Assembly: GCF_036321535.1 (NCBI RefSeq)
Contig: NC_087437.1
Span: 48,548,001-48,612,000 of the forward strand
Reading direction: 5' to 3'
Length of the DNA: 64,000 bases
From: Camelus dromedarius
Taxonomy: Eukaryota
This document shows positions 54,201 to 64,000 of this stretch, piece after piece (position 1 is the first letter of the stretch; each line of letters opens with the position of its first letter). The position numbers and the translations under genes were made by a program. The notes under the pieces were generated by a model, which worked only from the letters and a program-made list of their open reading frames with translations, ran no database searches and had not been told where the DNA came from.

Positions 54201-57200
54201 AAGCTTGCACGTACTAAAAGGTCTTGCAGATAAACCAGTTTTCATAAATTCTGCTTCTTTTTAAGAAAAGAGAAGAGAGTTGACAACATTGAAATACAAA
54301 AATTCATTTCCAAAAAAGCGGATCTGCTTTTTGCACTTTCCTGGAAATCAGATGTACCTACAGCTTCTGAAGTTAATGAAGACAGTGAAGGTTAGTTTAG
54401 TCTTAAAATCTTTTGACTGCGGTTTGGTTTAACAGCACTTCAGATGAAGCAGAACAGGAAGCTATTGTTAGTAATTTTGTTAATTATTTTTTCAGATCAT
54501 TATGCAGTCATGCCACCTTTAGAGCAATTCATGGAGATACCCAGTATGGACCGGAGAGAGCTATTTTTCCGAGATATTGAGCGTGGTGATATAGTGATTG
54601 GAAGAATTAGTTCCATTCGGGAATTTGGGTTTTTCATGGTGTTGATTTGTTTAGGCAGTGGCATCATGAGAGATATATCGCACTTAGAAATCACAGTGAG
54701 TTACTCACTTTCCAGTTGTTTCTGATTTTGATAAAGTGTCATCTCAATGCAAGAATTATGTCTTTGCATCAGTTGTAATTAAGTGTACCCTGCAGACATA
54801 GTTTTGAGAATTAAATAAGTGTTAATTGGAGAGAAATAAAGCACCTTTTCTTTTTAAAAAATTAGTAGTAATAGAGTTATTTACAGTTTCCTCCACCATT
54901 TCTAGTTTTTGGGGTTTTTTGGTACCTTTGGTTGGCACCCGTGGGGTCCTTTTTAAAACAAATGCTCCAAGAGATATCAGTGGACATGGTAAGATTGACT
55001 GGTAGCCTGAGGTTGCTGAACACATCTTCAATTACTTAGTATTCAGCATTAGATACTTGCATGTGGATAATTTAGAAACAAATTCCTGTCCTATTTATAT
55101 ATTTACAGTAATTAAGTAATTTGTACATTATAATGAGATACTTTGCCCAAGATGAATAGACCTGAATTTGAAGTAATATGTCACTTTAATGTAAAAGGTT
55201 CAACATATCACTTTAAAGGATTTGATAATATAAAAGGCAGATGAAAAGGGAAGAAAAGCAGAAGGTATCACAAACTGGATAACAGATCTAAACTCTGGAG
55301 AATTCACATTTCATTTTCATTGGAACTCGTGCTTTCTGGACAAATTTTAGTTTTATATTTAACAAGCATAAAGTATCTTTTTGTTTCATAATCCATACTT
55401 ACATTTGGTTCCTAAAACTAATTGCAAATTTCATGAGATGTTAGTTTTTGAACAGTACCATTGTTTTATTGTGTCTGGGCACAGAAATTATTAAAATCCT
55501 TATTTAAATTTAGACTTTAGGGTGCTAGTTGTTTCCTTAATGTTCCTGTCAACTATTTGCTGTTTCTACTGAACAACTAGAATAAAAGAAGACACTTCCT
55601 ACCAAAGAATGGAATGTCTGGTGTTTTAAAATACTTCTCATTTCAGGCTCTGTGTCCATTAAGAGATGTACCTTCTCTCAGTAACCACGGCGATCCTTTA
55701 TCATATTATCAAACTGGTGACATCATTCGAGGTGATCAGTTTTTTCATGTTAGTAAAAAGTGACAGTTGTCATAGTTATTTTAGTTTGCATTGCCTTTTA
55801 ATCAACTTAATTTTCTTATTTTTAAAGCTGGAATCAAGGATATTGACAGATATCATGAAAAGCTTGCAGTATCTCTGTATAGCTCATCTCTTCCACCATA
55901 CCTATCTGGTATTAAATTAGGTGTAATTAGTTCTGAAGAACTTCCTTTGTACTACAGGTAATTTATCCACATTGTCTCAACAAGTTAATTGCAAAACTGC
56001 TTCTTGGCTAAAAAATAACAAATTTTGTCCAATTTCTAACAAGAAAGTAGAATCTTACTTTCTCTTATTTCAAAATATGCTTGTTTTATTTTTATAACTT
56101 TTTAATTTCTTCAAACTTGATAAAAGGAATCAAATCACAATAATGCCACACCTTCATGTACAAAAATGGTCTGAGTATTTAAACCCTATGTGATAATGTT
56201 AGTTCTTGAATAGAAGTGGGACATGCTAATTGTGTTAATCATACATTTTCTTTCTTTTTTTCTCAAGGAGAAGCGTTGAACTAAATAGCAATTCTTTGGA
56301 ATCCTATGAGAATATCATGCAGAGTTCCCTGGGATTTGTTAATCCAGGAGTAGTTGAATTCCTTCTAGGAAAACTAGGAATCGATGAATCCAACCCACCG
56401 TCTTTAATGAGAGGCCTCCAGAGGTATAGTAAATAAGCATTATTCTATTAAGTGGTGAGATGAGTGCTGAGGTCAAAAGCTACTTAACTGAGGGACATTT
56501 TTGATTATCCTAAGCCAGATGGCAGCAATATGCCGAAGTTTGAAGGAACTAGGTGATCCTATCTCCTTCTGGAATGGAGTATTTTAACACTGCTTGATGT
56601 GTATCATGTGACCAAGAGGATGCAGAAAAAACTTACAAGATGTGAAGAAAGATGCAGAAAATTGATCAGTTTTGTGTGTATGCTTAAGAAAAATACTATT
56701 TAACAGTAATAGTCATTCCTGAGGGTTCAGGAATTTTGCTTTGTAAATGGAATACCAGTTTCTTGCTTGGGATTCATTTTTTAGTGTTGAGTTTTCATTT
56801 GTCTGGGCAGAGTGAAATATAGTTACCCAAAAAAGCATTTACAGTTTGACTTTTGTTTTCTTTAATAGCAAAAATTTCTCTGAAGACGATTTTGCTTCTG
56901 CATTAAGAAAGAAACAGTCAGCATCTTGGGCTTTAAAATGGTATGAAAACTTTGTCTTTCCACCATTGTGTTATCTAGTCTAAAAGGTTCAAGTAAGGCA
57001 AGCATGCTTGTGTCATCATTAAGACCAAATTTGTTTATAAATGAATTCAAATTGATAACCTTTTTGACATTAGCTATTTTACAGGTGTAAACGGTGTTAT
57101 GTCATAAACTTTAAAAATTTAAGTTTTAGCCAACATTTTTTATTTTTTTTAAAAAGGAATTAGTATACTGGTATCTGGATTTCATAAATATTTGTTATAA

Positions 57201-60200
57201 AATTATCCAAAGACAGAATGCTTTTAGTTATATTGAGAATATCGAAGACTAAATATTAACTAAATTTGATATGCTTTAAAAATTTACCCATGGTAACATT
57301 TTGTTTGGACAGTCTGTGAAATATTTACGTTTGCTTGACAAATATCTTTTTAGTGTGAAGATTGGAGTTGATTATTTTAAGGTTGGACGCCATGTGGATG
57401 CTATGAATGAATACAATAAGGCTCTGGAAATAGACAAACAAAATGTGGAAGCATTAGTAGCTCGTGGAGCATTGTAAGTGGGTCATGGGTTTTAAGGATT
57501 ATTTACAACATAAATGTGTACAAGATTTATGAATAGCTTACAAGATGAATTCCTCTAATTTTTTTCATATCTATAGATATGCAACAAAAGGAAGTCTGAA
57601 CAAAGCAATAGAAGATTTTGAGCTTGCATTGGAAAACTGTCCAACTCACAGGAATGCAAGAAAATACCTCTGCCAGACACTTGTAGAAAGAGGAGGGCAG
57701 TAAGTGTCAGATTTTGTTCAATAGTAGGGATCTAATATTTCAACCAACTATTATAAAATCTTGAACTTAATGTAAGGAAATAGCATCTTTAACTCAACTT
57801 AATTCGGATACCCTTAGTTTAAATTTTGGTTGAAAATGTTTTCTTAGTCCTTTTTTCCTTACTTATTACTTAGACTCTTTATGATTGGAGATATTTTAGT
57901 GTCTTGAGTTCACTGTTCTGAATATTAATTCTTGTTATATAGAAATAGAAGAGTAAAGGTACAAGCAATTAGGTAATATTCTTTTCTTAGACATGCACTA
58001 GAAGTTTTTGTTTTAATAGAAAGAAATTTAATTTCTAATTCATTCCATCATTCTAGTAATATAATGCCTGAAATATAAATTGAGAACTCTATAGTTAATT
58101 GTGAATAAGTTGTCACTGTTGTATTCAGCTTATTTGCTCTATTTTGTCTAGTAAAACCACAAACTTAGATTAAATGGAAGAGCAAAACATTAAAAACAAA
58201 CCCTATAACCTATGTTACTATCCCAAGATGCTGGCATAATACTTGGCATAGTAGTTGTATCGTAAATATTTAATGAGTAACAGACTAGTCTAATTCATAA
58301 AATGCTTTGAAGAAACATAATACTTCAAATATAAATAATTTGGTAATAACCAGTTTTAATAATTAAAGGCCAGTTTATAGTTAATAGCATCTTTTCACTA
58401 CTTTTTAAAATAGAATCATCTCTTTTCTGTTTCATGAATTTGCCTGACCATTCCAGTTTGTATGATCATTCCAGAATTCCATGTTAATGAAATTTTGTAA
58501 TATTTGTTTTTAACCGATATGAATTTCTACTTGGACCTAAGTGATTGGAACAGCTTTTCACTTTCTCATTAGATACATAGCAAGTACCTACTTAGATATG
58601 GTTGTCTTAGTATTCACATATTGATTTTTTTTTAGCTGAGTGAATGGCAATGCCATCTATTCTGTTATCCAAGCCAGAAATGTTAATCGTCTTTGGTCCC
58701 TTATTCCCCTCATCCAATCTGACACAGAAGTGATCACATTGAAGCCACTGGTTTTTTTAAATTTGTTTTATAATAATTACTTTTTCCTTCTTTCTAAAAA
58801 CTGAAACTATTTTGCAAAGTCCTTTCACAGCTCTGTTTCCAAACTTTCTAATTCTGACTTTTCACAGCAGAGACTTGTGAGCATGATCTAATAATTATTC
58901 TGTCTATAGGCTGGTTGTGATATACATATATGCCTTGGTATTTCCAACTTTTAACAGTGAATTTTGGGGGAAATTTTTCTGTAGAAAATTCTTTGTAAAT
59001 TACTAGGAAAAGTCAGTCTGTATAATTCTGGGCTAAATCAAGATCATACTAAGTTTACACAGGACCTCAGTTGATCATGTATTTTCATGTCCTGTATACT
59101 TCAGTGCCAATACTTGACCTACAGCATGGCTTTAGTTACCAGTAATGGTTTCCTACTTGTTTGGTTGGTTGGTTAATTGAGATACAATTGCCACATAACA
59201 TTTTATTAGTTTCAGGCTATGTACAGCATGATGATTCAATATATGTGTATATTGTGAAGAGTTCACAATAAATCTGTCATACATAGTTAACAATTTTTTT
59301 CTTGTGATGAGAACTTTTAAGAAGTATTCTCTTAGCAACTTTTGAATATACAATACAGTATTATTAACTATAGTCACCATGCTGTACATTACATTCCCAG
59401 GACTTTGTCTTCTAACTGGAATTTTATGCCTTTTGACCACCTTCACCCATTTTGGCCACCCCTCCATCACCACCACTACCACCTCTGACAACCATCAATC
59501 TGTTCTCTGTACCTATGAGTTCTGTTTTTCTGTTTTATGTGGTTTTATATGGTCTTTTTGCAAAAAAAATTAAAAGGCAATAACAAGCATATTAAGTATT
59601 GTTCAATTTGGAAAATAATTTGTTACACATGGTTTTTCCCTAATAAATTCTCTCATATAATCAATCCTCTGCCCCATATGCATATTTGAGGACTTCTTAT
59701 TTTTACCAAAAAAAAAAAAAGCTAAATTTTCCTTTCAAATTTAGGTTAGAAGAAGAAGAAAAGTTTTTAAATGCTGAAAGTTACTATAAGAAAGCTTTGG
59801 CTTTGGATGAAACTTTTAAAGATGCAGAGGATGCTTTGCAGAAGCTTCATAAATATATGCAGGTGATTCTTTATTTCCTCTTAGAAATTTAGTGATATTT
59901 GAAATTAGTACCAAAACTTAACTTTCTTCTGGGGAAGATTAGAATAGATCACTTAATTAAGGCATTACGAATTTTTTCAGATACAGGTTTTCTTAATTGG
60001 GTTTGACATAGCTTCATAGTTTTAATGCTCAAAAGTAAAAATAACCCCATGAGAAAATTCCCGTTGTCTAAATTTGGTATGCGGCTTTGAGAACTGTCCT
60101 CGTTGCGAGCTTTCCTGGTGGTTATAGAATTCAGGGTTGTTACTGTAATTGAGCTAATTATAAAAAACCTTTTTTGAGAAATATTTTAGATTGTCTTTTC

Positions 60201-62736
60201 CTGTAATACTGATGATGATGTTTTCTCATGCATTTTCTTCTGAATTGGACCATTGCTGCTGTGTCTGTGACATCTGGTGCTGCTCATCCCCATCCTCAAA
60301 CTGGAAAATGATTTCTTATGTAATCATGCATCCACCTGGGCTGTGCTATTTTTTAAATGGTTTGTATTTGAACGTGGTGATTCCTTCCTCAATTCACCTT
60401 AATGGACTTTCTTTGAATTTTATTTATAAACTTTGTGTCCTGTTTAAATTTTAATTTTTTTTTAATTTTTGTGTATTTTATTTTTTTCTCTTTTGTGCAT
60501 TCTGGGTCATGGGTACCAATGCAATGGCTTCCCCTTTTTTCATGGAATACCAACTGCAATATGGTCCTCAATTCTGTTCTGGCTGTTCCAATGATTAATG
60601 CCAAACACCTGTGTGATTAATTTTTATATGTTAAAAATATTTGTTTAATGCTGGATGAATGGTGATTTGGATATACTACATTCGGTTTCTGGTTGGGGGG
60701 CGGTCTTTTGAAAACTGGGTTTTATATATTCTGCTATTTTTAACGTGTGGTTTTTTCCGATATCTGGGTTCTAAAAGAAATCTTTGGAATTAAGAGAAAA
60801 ACAAGCTGAAAAGGAAGAAAAGCAGAAAACAAAGAAAATAGAAACAAGTGCAGAAAAGTTGCGTAAGCTCTTAAAAGAGGAGAAAAGGTAAACTATGATA
60901 TTCAGTATTCTTTAACTTAAAGCAAGTACTGAGTTGAACCAAAGTGCCATATGGGAGGTAAAGTAAGTAAAAAAATAAAAGTGCTTCAAGTCATAATCAG
61001 TAATTCTTAGCAAGTATGTGTACACCACAAATTTTTTTATAAAAGAGATAATGCAAAGTGGAGTCTAAGGCTAGAATTCTGCAAAATAAATAACCTTATA
61101 ATTAAAATATATAATAAGTTATTTTAGTGGGGGAGGTTATAGCTCAGTGGTATAGTGTATACTTGGCATGCATGAGGTCTTGGGTTTAATCTAAAACCAG
61201 TACCTCTTGTTAAAAAAATAAAATTAAAAAAATATATATATAATAAGTTATTTTAATTATCTGTATTTTAGGTAGAAATGTTTTAGAACTAGAGCAGTAG
61301 TTCTCAACTAGGAGCGGTTTTGTCCCCTAGGGGACATTTTTGGTTGTCATAGCTGGTAGAGTGCTACTGGCATCTCGTGGGTAGAGGACAAAGATGCTGC
61401 TCAACTACAGTGATGTAGGAGTCCCCCAACACCACACTACCCTCCTAGCAAAAAATTATTCGGCCAAAAATTTTAATAGTGCTGAGGTGGAGAAACTATG
61501 AACCAGAGGTGGCCAAATATAAAACTTCAGTTCTCTCCTTTATGTGTTCAGATGGTCTTAAGTTTTTAAGGTAATATTAGAAGTGTCACTGTGTCTTTCA
61601 GAAATGATGGATTTGTTTACAGTGACAACTGTCTACACAAGTATTTTTTCCCCAAAACCCATGAGTAATGATAAACTTGGATTCTGTAGTAACTAAGATT
61701 ATTATAATAATTCCTTATCTAAGGCATAGCTTTTATGAAATCGTTAGAACAGAACTAAAATCTTTATGGATAATTAAACATTTTATACTCAACATATCTG
61801 ATGAGTTAACTACATTTTTTTAGGCTAAAGAAAAAAAGAAGAAAATCAACTTCTTCCTCATCAAGTGTTTCTTCTGCTGATGAATCAGTTTCTTCTTCAT
61901 CATCCTCTTCCTCTTCTGGTCACAAAAGGCATAAGAAACATAAGAGGAACCGCTCAGAGTCTTCTCGAAGTTCCAAAAGGCATTCAGCTAAGTCATCCTC
62001 AAATCAGGTAGATCAGAATAAGAAAGATGAGTGCTTCCCCGTTCCAGCCAATACTTCAGCATCTTTTCTTAACCAAAAACAAGAAGTGGAAAAACTACTG
62101 GAAAAGCAGGATAGGTTACCATATCAAAAGAAACAGGTAAAAGAGAAAGATAGATGCCCTCTCTCTTCATCTTCAGTTGAAATTCCGGATGATTTTGGAG
62201 GTAGGTCTGAAGATCCAAGAGATTTCTATAATAGCTCTAAAACTCAGGCAGGTAGTAGCAAAACAGAAAAGCCATATAAATCCGAAAGACATTTTTCTAG
62301 TAGAAGAGATTCCTCAGAGTCCTATAGGAATTCAGAGGACAAGATGAAAATTTATGGTTACAGAAGATTTGAAAAAGAGATAGAAGGAAGAAAAGAGCAC
62401 TATAGAAGGTGGGAGCCTGGTTCCATGAGATGTTCCACTTCACCAGCAAGCTCGGACTACTCTTGGAAGTCAGTTGAAAAATATAAAAAATACACTTACA
62501 CTGGATCACGTGACTTCAGTAGACATGAGCAAAGATACCAACTAAATAAAAATCAAGGAGAATATGAAAGAGAAGGTAATTCTGAGGAGGATAAAACAGA
62601 GGTTCCAGAAGAGGGACTAAATAGCAAACAGCATTCAGAAAGTGGAGTTAAAAAAAATTTACCTCAAAATTTACTCAATATATTTAATCAGATAGCTGCA
62701 TTTGAGAAAGAAAAAGGAAATAAGCCAAAAAATTAA
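53618..62736 (+). CDS. TTC14: Tetratricopeptide repeat protein 14; 12 coding exons, 2313 nt, 770 aa (S1/OB-like RNA-binding domain, TPR repeats, Lys/Ser-rich C-terminus)
   Basis: Exons assembled by hand give a continuous frame [10 protein letters not shown]...[19 protein letters not shown]...[23 protein letters not shown]...[19 protein letters not shown]. All 11 introns are GT-AG with consistent phases. Matches the remembered mammalian TTC14 sequence. Confidence 0.97.
54266..54390 (+). CDS. TTC14: TTC14 exon 2 (125 nt)
   Basis: Acceptor tttttaag|; [29 protein letters not shown]...; donor G|gttagt. Confidence 0.93.
54496..54695 (+). CDS. TTC14: TTC14 exon 3 (200 nt), start of S1-like domain
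   Basis: Acceptor ttttcag|; [38 protein letters not shown]...LEIT; donor |gtgagt. Confidence 0.95.
55647..55731 (+). CDS. TTC14: TTC14 exon 4 (85 nt)
   Basis: Acceptor tttcag|; [28 protein letters not shown]; donor G|gtgatc. Confidence 0.93.
55828..55957 (+). CDS. TTC14: TTC14 exon 5 (130 nt)
   Basis: Acceptor tttttaaag|; [19 protein letters not shown]...EELPLYY; donor AG|gtaatt. Confidence 0.93.
56268..56423 (+). CDS. TTC14: TTC14 exon 6 (156 nt)
   Basis: Long pyrimidine tract then caag|; [31 protein letters not shown]...MRGLQ; donor AG|gtatag. Confidence 0.93.
56869..56940 (+). CDS. TTC14: TTC14 exon 7 (72 nt)
   Basis: Acceptor tttaatag|; [23 protein letters not shown]; donor TG|gtatga. 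Confidence 0.92.
57354..57473 (+). CDS. TTC14: TTC14 exon 8 (120 nt), TPR
   Basis: Acceptor cttttttag|; [39 protein letters not shown]; donor TT|gtaagt. Confidence 0.95.
57577..57699 (+). CDS. TTC14: TTC14 exon 9 (123 nt), TPR
   Basis: Acceptor ctatag|; [40 protein letters not shown]; donor CA|gtaagt. Confidence 0.95.
59155..59530 (-). mobile_element. L1 3' end in TTC14 intron 9
   Basis: caatacagtattattaactatagtcaccatgctgtacattacattcccaggact...accatcaatctgttctctgt. Confidence 0.88.
59745..59862 (+). CDS. TTC14: TTC14 exon 10 (118 nt), TPR
   Basis: Acceptor aatttag|; [39 protein letters not shown]; donor CAG|gtgatt. Confidence 0.95.
60778..60887 (+). CDS. TTC14: TTC14 exon 11 (110 nt), coiled-coil/charged segment
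   Basis: Weak acceptor gggttctaaaag|; [36 protein letters not shown]; donor AG|gtaaac. Confidence 0.9.
61127..61235 (+). mobile_element. tRNA-derived SINE (camelid Vic-1-like) in TTC14 intron 11
   Basis: GGGGGAGGTTATAGCTCAGTGGTATAGTG...GAGGTCTTGGGTTTAATC; perfect 20-bp flanking duplication atatataataagttatttta (61107-61126 / 61236-61255). Confidence 0.88.
61295..61500. mobile_element. MER20 hAT MITE
   Basis: cagtagttctcaac...gacatttttggttgtca...gtgctactggcatctcgtgggtagagg...aatagtgctgaggtggagaaac. Confidence 0.85.
61824..62736 (+). CDS. TTC14: TTC14 exon 12 coding part (913 nt), Lys/Ser/Arg-rich low-complexity tail
   Basis: Acceptor ttttttttag|; [21 protein letters not shown]...; contains ORF-track 62086..62736; TAA stop. 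Confidence 0.95.
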
Positions 62737-63081
62737 TATGCTAAGGGGATCAGCACCATTACACTAAAGGCTTTTAATGAAAGTTTTGAGTCTTGTAGTT
62801 ATAACAGTCTGGTGCAGAAGTCTCTGCTCCTAAGGTTATTTTATTTGTAGAGATTGCAGAAATCAGATGCCTTTTATAGCTATTCTCAAAGTATATTTGT
62901 TTCAGTTGTAGGTCCCCTTTTAACAGCTTGATTTTTTAGGCTTTTCATGAGTATGTTTATGTACAGTATTTCTTACTCAGATGATTTAAACTTCTTCACC
63001 TAAAGATAACTCTCAAAGTAGTGTTTCTTCATTATGTATGAGAATTTTGGGGGTCCACCTTATCCTGCTGTTTGAGAGAAA

Positions 63082-63476
63082 ATTAAATTTGTGCATTCAA
63101 CACTTGGATCATTTTTATCAATATTACTTCATTCTCCTGTCAAATTAAAATCCCTTGGCTTTTAAAAGATACATTTGAATATTTCTTAAGTACCATTTTA
63201 TAGTCTTTTGTTTAAATATTAAGTTTTTTGCATAACTTTAAAACAGTAGACAGGTTGTCTGTCTTGTCTAATTGACCTCTAAAGCCTCATTTAATTCAAA
63301 TGGTTTGTGTACCGACTGTTTAACAAGTTTCTTAGGAATAAAGCCATGAAAGTTGAATAGGGGCCCATTTTGCTCATTTTTCTTTTTCTTCTCCCTTCTT
63401 ACTAGCAGTATAGCCCTAAAAAATTTCTTTAACTATTGGCAAGACCCTGAGAGACTACATTCCAGGCAAGAATAAA
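63082..63476 (+). terminator. Candidate TTC14 polyadenylation signals
   Basis: ATTAAA at 63082 and 63144; AATAAA at 63337 and 63471. The site actually used cannot be determined from sequence. Confidence 0.45.
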
Positions 63477-64000
63477 TCAGAGTAGGAAAGAATCCTGTTA
63501 GCAAAAACAGCAAGAGAAGCACACTATAAACCTGGTTTTCCACTAAGGGATAGGAAACTAGAAAACTGTCCTAATATTGCTCATGTCCATTTGGGAAGGC
63601 ACTGGGATGTTTTTAAATAGCCTAGAGCTGTCCTGCATTTCCGCTTTCTTCCTTAACACCTCTCCCCTGATGCCTCCTTTCTCAGAGTCTGAATAAATTA
63701 CTAGCTGACAGAGCCACGTTTTGCTCAGGATAAATTTCAGCAACTAGAGCTGAAGAAGAAAGGAACTTGTATCATACGGATCTTCCCCAGATTATTGAAA
63801 ACAGTATAGATAGGGATAGAGAGAGAGAGAAATAGAAGTCATAGGTGTTTACACTTGGTTTTAGAACCTTTCCAACTCATGATGACACTGGATGGGTGGG
63901 TTGGGGGATATGAGTATCCATCTACAAAGGTCTAAGTGAGAGAATGTTAGAGGAAGAAGACACTTGTCCTTGTTCTGTCTTGCAGTTCTTGCCAACAGTA

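Noticed and set aside
53257..54210. Cluster of overlapping ORFs on both strands
   Set aside because: Expected from stop-codon scarcity in the CpG island; only TTC14 exon 1 is supported.
60210..60243. Box C (TGATGA) and box D (CTGA) motifs suggesting an intronic C/D snoRNA
   Set aside because: The boxes are only ~30 nt apart with no terminal stem; better explained as a branch-point/pyrimidine region.
61127..61205. tRNA-Ala-like gene (also 33805-33876)
   Set aside because: Degenerate cloverleaf with an A-rich tail, and a flanking duplication at this copy; these are SINEs.
62737..64000. CCDC39 terminal exon on the - strand (expected from recalled synteny)
   Set aside because: No recognisable CCDC39 coding sequence within the window; the 61-aa ORF at 63558..63743 is unsupported.

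Overview
AT-rich mammalian genomic DNA. Two tRNA-derived SINEs resembling the Vic-1 family suggest a camelid (inference). The first ~53 kb has no supportable protein gene and is mostly interspersed repeats: L1/HAL1, L2, MIR, ERVL/ERV1/ERV2 LTRs, and hAT and Tigger DNA transposons. A CpG island at ~53.3-54.2 kb starts the complete 12-exon TTC14 gene (+ strand, CDS 53618-62736, all GT-AG introns in phase, 770 aa). Most notable observations: (1) TTC14 intron 10 has a 586-nt stretch with no AG dinucleotide upstream of a weak exon-11 acceptor, bracketed by a PTC-generating upstream acceptor and a read-through donor, which looks like a regulated distant-branch-point/NMD splicing module; (2) a class II solo LTR carries two tandem internal copies of LTR-end plus tRNA-Trp primer-binding site; (3) a ~180-nt intergenic segment folds into a nested multi-stem structure with two possible pseudoknots; (4) a 40-bp segment appears to be templated from 2.3 kb away. 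Repeat family names come from remembered consensus sequences, not from a search, and repeat boundaries are approximate unless TSDs are cited.
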